Source: Methanobrevibacter sp. (GTDB lineage: Archaea > Methanobacteriota > Methanobacteria > Methanobacteriales > Methanobacteriaceae). From it: DNA of 64,000 nucleotides. The notes beneath the pieces are model-generated. The model did not search any database. It was not told where the DNA came from and saw nothing but the letters and a program-made list of their open reading frames with translations. This document shows, in pieces, positions 22,816-31,654 of the stretch. Location: NCBI RefSeq assembly GCF_030539875.1, contig NZ_JAUNXI010000004.1, positions 19,575-83,574 on the forward strand, in the 5' to 3' direction. The position numbers and the translations under genes were made by a program. Positions within the stretch are counted from its first letter, which is position 1. Every line of letters begins with the position of its first letter.

Positions 22816-23070
22816 ATGATGGATTTAAGACAAAAGGCAGAAAAAAGAGTTGATAGAAAAATCAAATTCAAAGAAAATCTATATAAGTATTTGATGGTAA
22901 ATACAATAATAGCAATTATCTGTTTTCTAATCCTGCAAAGCTTTTGGTTATTGGCATTTGTAATGCTTTTCTGGGGAATTGAACTTGCAGATGATTATTT
23001 TAAAGCTTATCCTCTTAATGATTATCGGGAAAGAATGATTGATAGGGAACTTTCTAAAATGGGTGATTGA
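22816..23070 (+). CDS. 2TM domain protein
   Basis: RQKAEKRVDRKIKF...two TMs...FWGIEL...RMIDREL. Confidence 0.8.
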   Translation: MMDLRQKAEKRVDRKIKFKENLYKYLMVNTIIAIICFLILQSFWLLAFVMLFWGIELADDYFKAYPLNDYRERMIDRELSKMGD

Positions 23071-23346
23071 ATGGACGACAGTTTAAGGGTTACAGCAGAA
23101 AAAAGAGCCGATGCCAAAATCAAATTTTATAAGGATTTTATTATTTATATAATTGTCAACCTATTGTTGGCGGCTGTCAACTTCACTTTCACTCCTGAAT
23201 TCTGGTGGGTGTTATTTCCAGCATTTTTCTGGGGTATTGCAGTGTTTGATGGCTTTTTAAAAGCATTTGTATTTAGTGCTAAATTTGACACAGCAGAATA
23301 TAGGGAACAAAAGATTCAAGAAGAAATGGAAAAGTTAAGGAAATAA
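23071..23346 (+). CDS. 2TM domain protein
   Basis: AEKRADAKIKFY...YIIVN...WWVLFPAFFWGI...KIQEEMEK. Confidence 0.85.
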   Translation: MDDSLRVTAEKRADAKIKFYKDFIIYIIVNLLLAAVNFTFTPEFWWVLFPAFFWGIAVFDGFLKAFVFSAKFDTAEYREQKIQEEMEKLRK

Positions 23347-23349
23347 ATC

Positions 23350-23790
23350 ATGAAGGTAAATTTATTTGTTTCAAGAGATATTGAAGAGCCCCATGCAGAT
23401 ATTCACACCGATGAATTAACTGATAACATCACAAAGGCAATGTCAATTTTAGAAAGTGATGAATCAAGTGAAATGCTGGCGGTAAGAAAGGGTCTTGATA
23501 TTGCCCTTTTAGAGTTTAATGAAGTTTACATGCTTAAAGTTGAAAATAAACAGGTTAATGTCTATACTGAAAGTGGCGAATACTTTATTAAAAAACCATT
23601 ATATCAGGTTGAAGAGACACTAACGGGCGATTTTGTCCGCATATCTAAAACTACAATTATTAATTTAAAAAAGATAGGGAGAGTTGCTCCTTCACTTAAA
23701 GGAATGATGTTTATAGAACTTAAAAATGGCTTAAAGGATAATATCTCAAGAAAATACCTGCCCGGATTTAAACAGGCTTTAGATTTATAG
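23350..23790 (+). CDS. stand-alone LytTR DNA-binding protein
   Basis: FVRISKTTIINLKKI LytTR signature; no receiver domain. Confidence 0.92.
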   Translation: MKVNLFVSRDIEEPHADIHTDELTDNITKAMSILESDESSEMLAVRKGLDIALLEFNEVYMLKVENKQVNVYTESGEYFIKKPLYQVEETLTGDFVRISKTTIINLKKIGRVAPSLKGMMFIELKNGLKDNISRKYLPGFKQALDL

Positions 23791-23802
23791 GTGGTTTTTA
23801 TG

Positions 23803-24222
23803 AAAATAAAATTAATTGAAATGCTAACATTAGGTGCTTTTATAGGCTGTTTTATTGTAATGTGTGTCATGGTTATAATTTCTTTAACAAACGGACCTCA
23901 TAACATTCAATTCAGTGGTGTTGATATAATAAATTCGTTTCTTGGATCAATAGTTGCAGGTTGGGGATTTTCCTTAAGCGGGCTGATTTACCATAAAGAA
24001 GATTTGCCTTTTCCGCTTCAGGTTATTTTTCAAATGACAATCGGAATGACAGTATTGTTCCTGATTGCAATTTATCTTCATTGGATGCCTATCAACCTCG
24101 GAATCGGTCCGGTAATAACCTGGATTGCAATAGCCTGCATATCTGCAATTATTTTCTGGATGGGATTTTATATTTATTATTATCTGGTTGCACGTGATTT
24201 GAATAAAAAGTTAAATAGATAA
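23803..24222 (+). CDS. DUF3021-like membrane protein (LRS inhibitor type)
   Basis: 4 TM, IAIYLHWMP and YYYLVARDLNKKL C-terminus; directly after the LytTR gene. Confidence 0.82.
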   Translation, partial: KIKLIEMLTLGAFIGCFIVMCVMVIISLTNGPHNIQFSGVDIINSFLGSIVAGWGFSLSGLIYHKEDLPFPLQVIFQMTIGMTVLFLIAIYLHWMPINLGIGPVITWIAIACISAIIFWMGFYIYYYLVARDLNKKLNR

Positions 24223-24232
24223 TGTATGTTTT

Positions 24233-24634
24233 CTATCTGATGTCATATCCGCATTCACTGCACTTACAGGTTTGGAATTTTATGACTCCTCCGCATTTAG
24301 GACACAACCATTTTTCACGGTCTTGAATCATCATACGTCCAATTCCTGTGGTTTTAATTCTTTTTGCACTTTCAAGTGTGTTTAAATCATGTCTTTTAAT
24401 ATATTTTTTTGAATGTTTTTTCATTAAAGGACAGGGAAACTCACTGCATCGGGCGCAATAGCTGAAATTCTTAGAATCAAAGCATGTTTTAATTTTACAT
24501 TTTAAGCTGGCCTTGCTTTTGCCGGTACTGCCGATTAAACAGCCCGCACAGGGGCTTTGATATTTATCACAGCTAATGCAGTTGATTCCGCAAGGAGCTA
24601 ATAATTTTGAATTGAGTTCATCAGGCATTTTCAT
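24233..24634 (-). CDS. DUF3795-like Cys-rich protein
   Basis: APCGINC..C, CAGC, CKIKTC, CARCSEFPC plus terminal zinc ribbon. Confidence 0.8.
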   Translation of the reverse strand: MKMPDELNSKLLAPCGINCISCDKYQSPCAGCLIGSTGKSKASLKCKIKTCFDSKNFSYCARCSEFPCPLMKKHSKKYIKRHDLNTLESAKRIKTTGIGRMMIQDREKWLCPKCGGVIKFQTCKCSECGYDIR

Positions 24635-24712
24635 GGGAGCACCATTTAAGAAAGTTATATATTTAATTTAATGCTAAACTTATCTTATAGTTATCGTAAT
24701 GTTTGTGGTAAT

Positions 24713-25456
24713 GTGCCGATTATTATTCATCCTGAATTAAAAAAGTTAAAACATAAATTATCTGATTTGATACTGGAGCATCAGGAACTCGAATTCCAGA
24801 TTTGTCCATGTCTTGAAAGAGAATATATTTTCAGTTTTGGTTTTATTGAATATAATCTTTATGAGAAGGATGTAAGGTTATCTATACTTAAAAGAAAGCT
24901 TAGGCTGATTCAAATCCAAATAAACAACAATGAACCTATTGATATGGACTTGATTAATGAAATTTTAAAAGAAGAATGCTCACAATACCGCAGGAATATT
25001 AAACTGCAGATGGACGAATTGGAAAATGCAATGAAAGACAAATTAAAAAAGACTCTCTCAAAAGAGGACACAAAAAGGCTTAAATTAATCTATAAGCAAT
25101 GTGTTTTGAAACTGCACCCCGATTTGAACAAGAATTTGTCTGAGGGTGAAAAAAATTTATTTATACGGATTACGGAAGCATTTAAAAATGCCGATTTAAA
25201 AGCATTGGAATCGCTGTATTATCTGATTCCTCATGGTGAAGTGGAATCCATGTTGGAAATGGACAGGTTGCAGGAATTAATTGATTATAAGAAAAGAGAA
25301 ATAGCTGAAATCAAAAATGAATATCCTTATAATAAAAAAGAGCTTGTATGTGATGATGAGAAAAAACAAGCATACATAACCGAACTTAGAAATCTGATTA
25401 GTCAGTTTGACAGTGAAATTCAAAGGTATAATGAAAAAATTAATGATCTGATTTAA
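24713..25456 (+). CDS. coiled-coil protein with J-domain
   Basis: YKQCVLKLHPDLN (HPD motif) after a long coiled coil; probable GTG start 24713 (ORF open from 24671). Confidence 0.8.
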   Translation: MPIIIHPELKKLKHKLSDLILEHQELEFQICPCLEREYIFSFGFIEYNLYEKDVRLSILKRKLRLIQIQINNNEPIDMDLINEILKEECSQYRRNIKLQMDELENAMKDKLKKTLSKEDTKRLKLIYKQCVLKLHPDLNKNLSEGEKNLFIRITEAFKNADLKALESLYYLIPHGEVESMLEMDRLQELIDYKKREIAEIKNEYPYNKKELVCDDEKKQAYITELRNLISQFDSEIQRYNEKINDLI

Positions 25457-25858
25457 ATGGCCAATATTCAAAAGAGCAATTCTGAAGTTACCAAATTCAT
25501 TGAATTTTTGCATAAAAGCGAAATAGTCCCTTTTCTGGAAGATATTTACTTAATTACTGTTGATGTTGCCGGTTTGCATTATATTGAAAATATCGATGAG
25601 ATAATTCCTAAAATTAAGGAAAAATCAAATCTTGAACTGGTTCGCGAAAAAAATAATAAATTTGATGCAAATGCAATACTGGTTCTGTTTAACGGTGAAA
25701 AAATAGGATATGTTCCAAGAGAGCATAATCTCATTCTGGCTAATTTAATGGATGCAGGAAAAGAGATTTACGGTGTTGTAAAAACAGTATCTGCAGAATC
25801 GGTTTATGAAAATGATGACTCTAAAATAATCAGTTTTAAAATTTTTTTAAAAGAGTAA
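25457..25858 (+). CDS. HIRAN domain protein
   Basis: VAGLHY, LVREKNNKFDANAILV, KIGYVPR HIRAN pattern. Confidence 0.88.
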   Translation: MANIQKSNSEVTKFIEFLHKSEIVPFLEDIYLITVDVAGLHYIENIDEIIPKIKEKSNLELVREKNNKFDANAILVLFNGEKIGYVPREHNLILANLMDAGKEIYGVVKTVSAESVYENDDSKIISFKIFLKE

Positions 25859-25913
25859 ATGATAATCTGCTTATTTTACGATACATTTATAAATAGACAA
25901 AACAAATATTTCA

Positions 25914-26006
25914 TTACTGTTATTTTTAACAGTAAGTAATTTACTTTTTTTGGGATAATTTCCCATATGGATGTGGCCTTCGTGGCTGAACAAAAAGGTG
26001 TTATTA
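25914..26006 (+). promoter_or_regulatory. structured 5' leader of rpl15e (candidate eL15 r-leader)
   Basis: TTTATAAA box at 25886; hairpins TTACTGTTA/TAACAGTAA, TGGGA/TCCCA and GCC/GGC before the RBS. Confidence 0.5.
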
Positions 26007-26564
26007 ATGTATAAATATATTAGAGACGCATGGAAAAACCCAGATGAGTCTTACGTACGTGAACTCATGTGGCAAAGAGCTCCTAAATGGAGAAGAGAAA
26101 AAGCAGTTCAAAGAATTGAAAGACCAACCAGATTGGACAGAGCTAGAAGCTTAGGTTACAGAGCTAAAAAAGGTTTTGTTTTAGTAAGAACTAGAGTAAG
26201 ACGTGGTGGAAGAAGAAAATCCCGTCGTTTCAACGGCCGTAAACCTAAAAGAATGGGTGTAAACAAAATTACCCAAGCAAAATCTATTCAAAGAATTGCT
26301 GAAGAACGTGTAGCTAAAAAATACCCTAACTTAGAAGTATTAAACTCTTACTGGGTATGGGCTGACGGCAAATACAAATATTTCGAAGTCATTTTAGTTG
26401 ATCCACAAAGTCCTTCCATCGTTAACGATGAAAAAATCAACTGGATTTGTTCTAAAAAACACACTAACAGAGCTCTCAGAGGCTTAACTAGTGCAGGTAA
26501 TAAAGGACGTGGAATCAAATCCAAAGGAAAAGGCTCCGAACAAGCTAGAAGAAGAAAATTATAA
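26007..26564 (+). CDS. rpl15e: 50S ribosomal protein L15e
   Basis: [47 protein letters not shown]; start refined after AGGTG RBS. Confidence 0.97.
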   Translation: MYKYIRDAWKNPDESYVRELMWQRAPKWRREKAVQRIERPTRLDRARSLGYRAKKGFVLVRTRVRRGGRRKSRRFNGRKPKRMGVNKITQAKSIQRIAEERVAKKYPNLEVLNSYWVWADGKYKYFEVILVDPQSPSIVNDEKINWICSKKHTNRALRGLTSAGNKGRGIKSKGKGSEQARRRKL

Positions 26565-26591
26565 TATTTTCTTCATCCTTTTTTGATTTAA

Positions 26592-27014
26592 ATGATTCAT
26601 AATATTAAATTTAGAGCTTTCGTTTATGAGGATGAAAGCGTTGATGAAATTTCTCAAGCCATTTTAAATTTACTTCCCGACGCTGAAATAGAAGCAGAGG
26701 AAGCCGAAGGATTGCTTGAAGATAAAATTATAATTTTATCAGGAATATTATCTAAAAAACGATATACAAAGACTTTTTTTAATACACTTTTAGAAAGTGT
26801 GGATTTGGATAAATTAAATAATGATTTAGAGCGTAAAATTGATGAAAAGGGAAATTGGTTTTTAAGATTTGATAAAACCGATGCTTTAGATGAAAAATTA
26901 ACTATTTTGGATAAAGGAGATGCAATTCATATAAAAGTTAAGATTGCTGCATTTCCTGCTAAAAAACAAATTGCTGTTGACAAAGTGCGTGAAGCTATTT
27001 TAAAATGTGATTAA
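26592..27014 (+). CDS. conserved archaeal RNA-binding-like protein (DUF54 type)
   Basis: Follows rpl15e as in the archaeal exosome superoperon; FLRFDK and IHIKVKIAAFPAKK. Confidence 0.75.
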   Translation: MIHNIKFRAFVYEDESVDEISQAILNLLPDAEIEAEEAEGLLEDKIIILSGILSKKRYTKTFFNTLLESVDLDKLNNDLERKIDEKGNWFLRFDKTDALDEKLTILDKGDAIHIKVKIAAFPAKKQIAVDKVREAILKCD

Positions 27015-27404
27015 ATGGAAAAACAAAGTAAAATGTTAATTGTTTTATTAGTTGCTTTTGTAATTTGTATTGGTGTATTTTTGTTTCAGTTCAACAATAA
27101 CGTTTCAACATTCATAATCATTAATGAAACTGAGGTTGTTGAAAACGAGTCATTTTCAGCCATGTTGGTTGATGCTTATGGTTTTGGTGTTGCAAATCAG
27201 ACAATCATATTCCATAAACCTGGATATGAGTTGGGAACCCTCGTAACTGCCACTACTGATGATAATGGTGAATTTACAATTGAAAATGCCGAGTATCTGC
27301 CGGATGCAGGTGAGGATAATTACTATGGAAACTTTGCATTTGCAGGGCATGGCAAATATCAGGGCTGCAGCTATGAAGGTAATGTCACAGTAATTCCTAA
27401 ATGA
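27015..27404 (+). CDS. small membrane-anchored protein with one Ig-like/adhesin-type domain
   Basis: N-terminal TM, TATTDDNGEF, FAFAGHGKYQGC. Confidence 0.7.
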   Translation: MEKQSKMLIVLLVAFVICIGVFLFQFNNNVSTFIIINETEVVENESFSAMLVDAYGFGVANQTIIFHKPGYELGTLVTATTDDNGEFTIENAEYLPDAGEDNYYGNFAFAGHGKYQGCSYEGNVTVIPK

Positions 27405-27447
27405 AAGCAATCCTTTCAATGAACGCCGGATAATTAATTTTGAAGGG

Positions 27448-27513
27448 ATGAAAACTCACATAGTAGCTACGGCTTTATTTATACCTATTTTTATTCGCCG
27501 GCCATGGCGATAA
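27448..27513 (+). CDS. small ORF MKTHIVATALFIPIFIRRPWR (MKTH family, divergent copy)
   Basis: 21 aa, GAAGGG RBS; same ATG AAA ACT CAY start as the other copies. Confidence 0.5.
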   Translation: MKTHIVATALFIPIFIRRPWR

Positions 27514-28045
27514 TATCTCATTTTTTTTATAATAAGTTTTTTTTGCCCATTAGAGCATTTTTTTTAAATTATATTTTCATTAGTTAAACAAGAGAATGTC
27601 TGATGCAAAAAATGTGTTGTAATTTATATTAATTTTATGAAATTAGTTCCACATGTGATGGCCATATTTATCAAAGTGTTTGTTTTACAATGAATTTAAT
27701 CTAGATTGGATGGTGTTGCTTTTCCACCATTGCACCGTTTTAAAAGTCATGTAAATTATGAAGGGATTTTAAGATTTAATTTGATTGAAGGAGGAAGGCA
27801 ATGTGTTTTACTAAAAATCACACAAGTTTTTTGAAAGTGCCTTGTTCGCAAAGATTATATTTAATTGATAATATAAATTAATATGATAAAATTAATTTTA
27901 AATTTATTCATTTAATATTAACTTAATGCAGTTTAATAAAAAATCATAGGTAAATGAATAAAATTATTTTATCAAAATTTGTATTAAGTTAGATGATGCA
28001 TCTAATTTAACCGTGTTTCATAAATTAATATAGGAGATAAAAGTT

Positions 28046-31000
28046 ATGAAGTTAAAAACAAGTTTATTTATAGCAGCATTGTTAATCTTCATATGTTGTA
28101 TCGGATCTGCAAGTGCAACGGATACTTTTGATGATAACTCCCAGCTTATGGAGGATACTGATGAAGTGAAGGATACCATATCTGAAGTTAATAATGAAAA
28201 AACAAATACTTTCGAAACTGATGATAATGCAAAAGACCTGCAAAGTTTAAGTTATAGTGGGACTGAAGTTAATGCAAGCAATTGGAATGCAATACACAAT
28301 CATGCTAAACGGACAGATAAAAATTTTATTATCAAATTGACTGGAACCAGTTATCATCCGACAAAACAAATTACCTTTGGAAATAATGCCACTATTATAG
28401 GTACTGCAAATAGTTATATAACAGCCGGATCTTATACTTTAATTCCATTCTTAAATAATAATTCTGCATTGACAATTAATTTTATTAATGTTACATTTAA
28501 GGATATGAGTGTAACTTATCTTTTAGAATTAGCAGGGACTAAAACTTTGGAAAATTGTAATTTTTATAATATAACTGCAGGAACTGGACAGAATGCAGTG
28601 ATTTATAATACTTTAGGGACTATGAATTTAATTAATTGTAATATTGTTGATTCATCTGCAGGTTATGGTGTTGTCAGCAATTATAACTCCGGAACTGTTA
28701 CTGGGGTTGTGATGAATGTAAATGATTGTACATTTGTTCGTAATTCAGCTAATGTGGAGCCAGGTGCAATTAACAATTGTGGAATTTTAAACGTGGACAA
28801 TTCTCAATTTATTAATAATACTGCTGCTTGGTGGGCAGGAGCAATTCACACTCATTACAATGCAAGAACCATGATAAATAACAGTCTCTTTGAAGGAAAT
28901 GTAGCAGGATGGAATGGTGGAGCATTATATACCTACAGTACATTAAAAACATACAATACTGTATTTAAAAAGAATAAATGTCATACTAACATTGGTGGTG
29001 GAGCTATTGGAGCTTCCAGATGGTGGGCAGGTAACTACAACATCACAATAGAAAACTGTACATTTGAAGAAAATGAAAATTGCCACGCTGATGGAAATGG
29101 GGGTGCAATTACTGCATTGAACAGTGGAGCGCTAAATGTGCATGATTCCACATTTATTAATAATGCTGCTGCTAATGGACAGGCGATTGCTGCTTTCAGT
29201 CAAGCATTTGAAAACATAACTGCAGGAATTCCAAACTTAAAAGTATACAACAACACATTTTACAACCATACATTAACATCATCCGATACAGTTGAAATAA
29301 GTGGAAATTATACTTTTGAAAACAATACATTCAACAATTGCTATCAACAAAATTTGGGAACAAACAATATATTTATTAATCCGGTAACTCCTAACAACAA
29401 AAATTTAAGCACCATTCTCAACCAACCGCTTCTTAAAGCTACTGCACCAGACATTCTTAAAGATTGGGAGGAACACGACATAATTTATATAAATAGTAGT
29501 TCTGAAAATGATCCTTATTCTGATGATGTTGATGGGCAAAGTTGGGAAAATGCCTATGGGGGAATAGAAGATGGATTTTCCATTGCTGCAGGCAATATCA
29601 AAAATAATGGGATTATTTATTTAGCTGATGGATATTATGAAACATTATTTACTGATGAAAAAAATATTACATTCATTGGACAAGGAGTTAATACCCGAGT
29701 TAAATTAAAAACAAATTATGGTACAGAGATAGGTGAGAAATTTACTTTTATTAATCTAACTGTTGAGGGTAATGATTATCAGAGGCCATGTCATTTTATT
29801 AATTGTACAATTGCAGGTTCATTTTCTGTATGTTCAGGATTTAATCATTATGCTCCTGGTTTGGAACATGCTGAGCAAGATGGGTGTGCTTTCACACGTA
29901 ATATAATTTTTGATAATTGTACTTTTATTCAAAATGCAAGGGTTAATGTTTATATGTATGGTTTAGTTAACTTTACCAATTGTACTTTTAAAGATATAAC
30001 TGCCGATTCAATTGTAACTAAAAAAGGTACTTTTTATGTTGATGATGGAATATACTTCTACAATTGTAAATTCAGCAACTGTGATGTAAAAGGTATTGTC
30101 GATATTCCTGGAAATATAGCTATAGAAACTTATTGTGAAATTGAAGACTGTGATTATGATTTCGATGCAACAACTGACATTGAAACTGTAGGGGATTATG
30201 AACACAATTATTTAAATGCCACCAAACTTAAAATTGTTGCTGTTGAAACATCCACTTCCATTAAAACTGAAAATGGTAATGTGATTGTCACTGTTAAAGA
30301 TGCTGAAGGAAATCCCGTTTCTAACGTTAATGTGATTTATACTGTTAATGGCGTTGGCAATAATAAAACCACTGATGCAAACGGAACTATTGCGGTTTCA
30401 AACTTAAAAGGAAATATTGAATTTAAAGCTTTCTTTGAAGGAAATGATGCATTATTGCCATCAAATGCTTCCAGTAACTTTACATTCAAATATAGTACTA
30501 AATTATCTGCATCTAAAGTATCTGCCACTTATAATGCTGCTAAAAACTTGGTCATAACTTTAAAAGATGAAAAAGGAATTGCCATATCAGGTAAAAAGAT
30601 TAATGTTAAAGTCGGTACAATCAACAAGGCTTTCACCACTGATAAAAATGGTCAAGTCAAAATAAATGTTGCAACTTTGGTTCCTAAAACCTACACAGCT
30701 ACATTCTCCTTTGCAGGTGCTGGTCTATACGCAGCATCAAGTAATAAGGCTAGTGTTGTTGTATCTAAGGCAACTCCGAAGTTGACTACTCAAAAGTTAA
30801 CAACCAAAGTTAAGGTAAAAACCAAGATGGTTAAAGCAACCTTAAAGGACAACAAAGGTAAAGTTCTCAAGAACACTAAAGTTACTTTAAAAATAAACGG
30901 CAAAACCTACAAGGCAACCACTAACAAGAAAGGTGTTGCAACATTTAAAGTAACCAAACTAAACAAGAAAGGAACTTTCAAGGGAACTGTCATGTTTGCA

Positions 31001-31057
31001 GGAAGCAAATACTTCAAGGCAGTCAACAAAAAGGTAACTGTTGTTGTGAAAAAATAG
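28046..31057 (+). CDS. adhesin-like protein (signal peptide, beta-helix/Pmp-like repeats, Ig-like Lys-rich C-terminus)
   Basis: Signal MKLKTSLFIAALLIFICCIGSASA; GGAI/GAI and FxxN repeats; KINGKTYKATTNKKGVATF tail. Confidence 0.9.
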   Translation: MKLKTSLFIAALLIFICCIGSASATDTFDDNSQLMEDTDEVKDTISEVNNEKTNTFETDDNAKDLQSLSYSGTEVNASNWNAIHNHAKRTDKNFIIKLTGTSYHPTKQITFGNNATIIGTANSYITAGSYTLIPFLNNNSALTINFINVTFKDMSVTYLLELAGTKTLENCNFYNITAGTGQNAVIYNTLGTMNLINCNIVDSSAGYGVVSNYNSGTVTGVVMNVNDCTFVRNSANVEPGAINNCGILNVDNSQFINNTAAWWAGAIHTHYNARTMINNSLFEGNVAGWNGGALYTYSTLKTYNTVFKKNKCHTNIGGGAIGASRWWAGNYNITIENCTFEENENCHADGNGGAITALNSGALNVHDSTFINNAAANGQAIAAFSQAFENITAGIPNLKVYNNTFYNHTLTSSDTVEISGNYTFENNTFNNCYQQNLGTNNIFINPVTPNNKNLSTILNQPLLKATAPDILKDWEEHDIIYINSSSENDPYSDDVDGQSWENAYGGIEDGFSIAAGNIKNNGIIYLADGYYETLFTDEKNITFIGQGVNTRVKLKTNYGTEIGEKFTFINLTVEGNDYQRPCHFINCTIAGSFSVCSGFNHYAPGLEHAEQDGCAFTRNIIFDNCTFIQNARVNVYMYGLVNFTNCTFKDITADSIVTKKGTFYVDDGIYFYNCKFSNCDVKGIVDIPGNIAIETYCEIEDCDYDFDATTDIETVGDYEHNYLNATKLKIVAVETSTSIKTENGNVIVTVKDAEGNPVSNVNVIYTVNGVGNNKTTDANGTIAVSNLKGNIEFKAFFEGNDALLPSNASSNFTFKYSTKLSASKVSATYNAAKNLVITLKDEKGIAISGKKINVKVGTINKAFTTDKNGQVKINVATLVPKTYTATFSFAGAGLYAASSNKASVVVSKATPKLTTQKLTTKVKVKTKMVKATLKDNKGKVLKNTKVTLKINGKTYKATTNKKGVATFKVTKLNKKGTFKGTVMFAGSKYFKAVNKKVTVVVKK

Positions 31058-31654
31058 ATTCATATTCTATTTTTTCTTTATTTTTTTTCCTTAAATCCAT
31101 CATTGGTAATGTTAATGAATATTGGCCATTGCATGCATAATCCTTAAATGCAGATAAAGATTAAATAAAAAGCAAGTTCTTAAATTCTATTTTCATGCAT
31201 GTATTATATAATGAGTTATCTTATCAGGTATTTTCTTGGCTCATATTTTTCTTTCATAACGCAATCTTTTTTTTTTACCAAATCTATTATGGGATGGCTG
31301 CTGATTCTTGTTTTTGATTATTATGCTTTAGAATTGCTCATCATACAAATGGTGGCAAATATTCGAATTTTTTGTTGCATATTTTTTGTGATTTTGTTTG
31401 GCCAATTCCGGATTGTTTGGTGATATATCTGTATTCAAAGGTTATAAACTAAAGCCATAACTTTCAAAACACCTAATCATTAAAACCAAAACATTTAAGT
31501 ATTGCAGAATACGTAAAATGGATTATAGGATGTATTTTAGTTTTGTTACCTTGGATAACTGCCTATATTCTAACATATTTGCTTTTTAAATAATTATAAC
31601 TAAAATCAACACTGAATCAGACGAAAATTAATAAAAAAATTAGATTAGGCAGTC

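Noticed and set aside
31199-31423. 74 aa hydrophobic ORF
   Set aside because: No RBS, Phe/Ile/Leu bias explained by T-rich sequence, no motif
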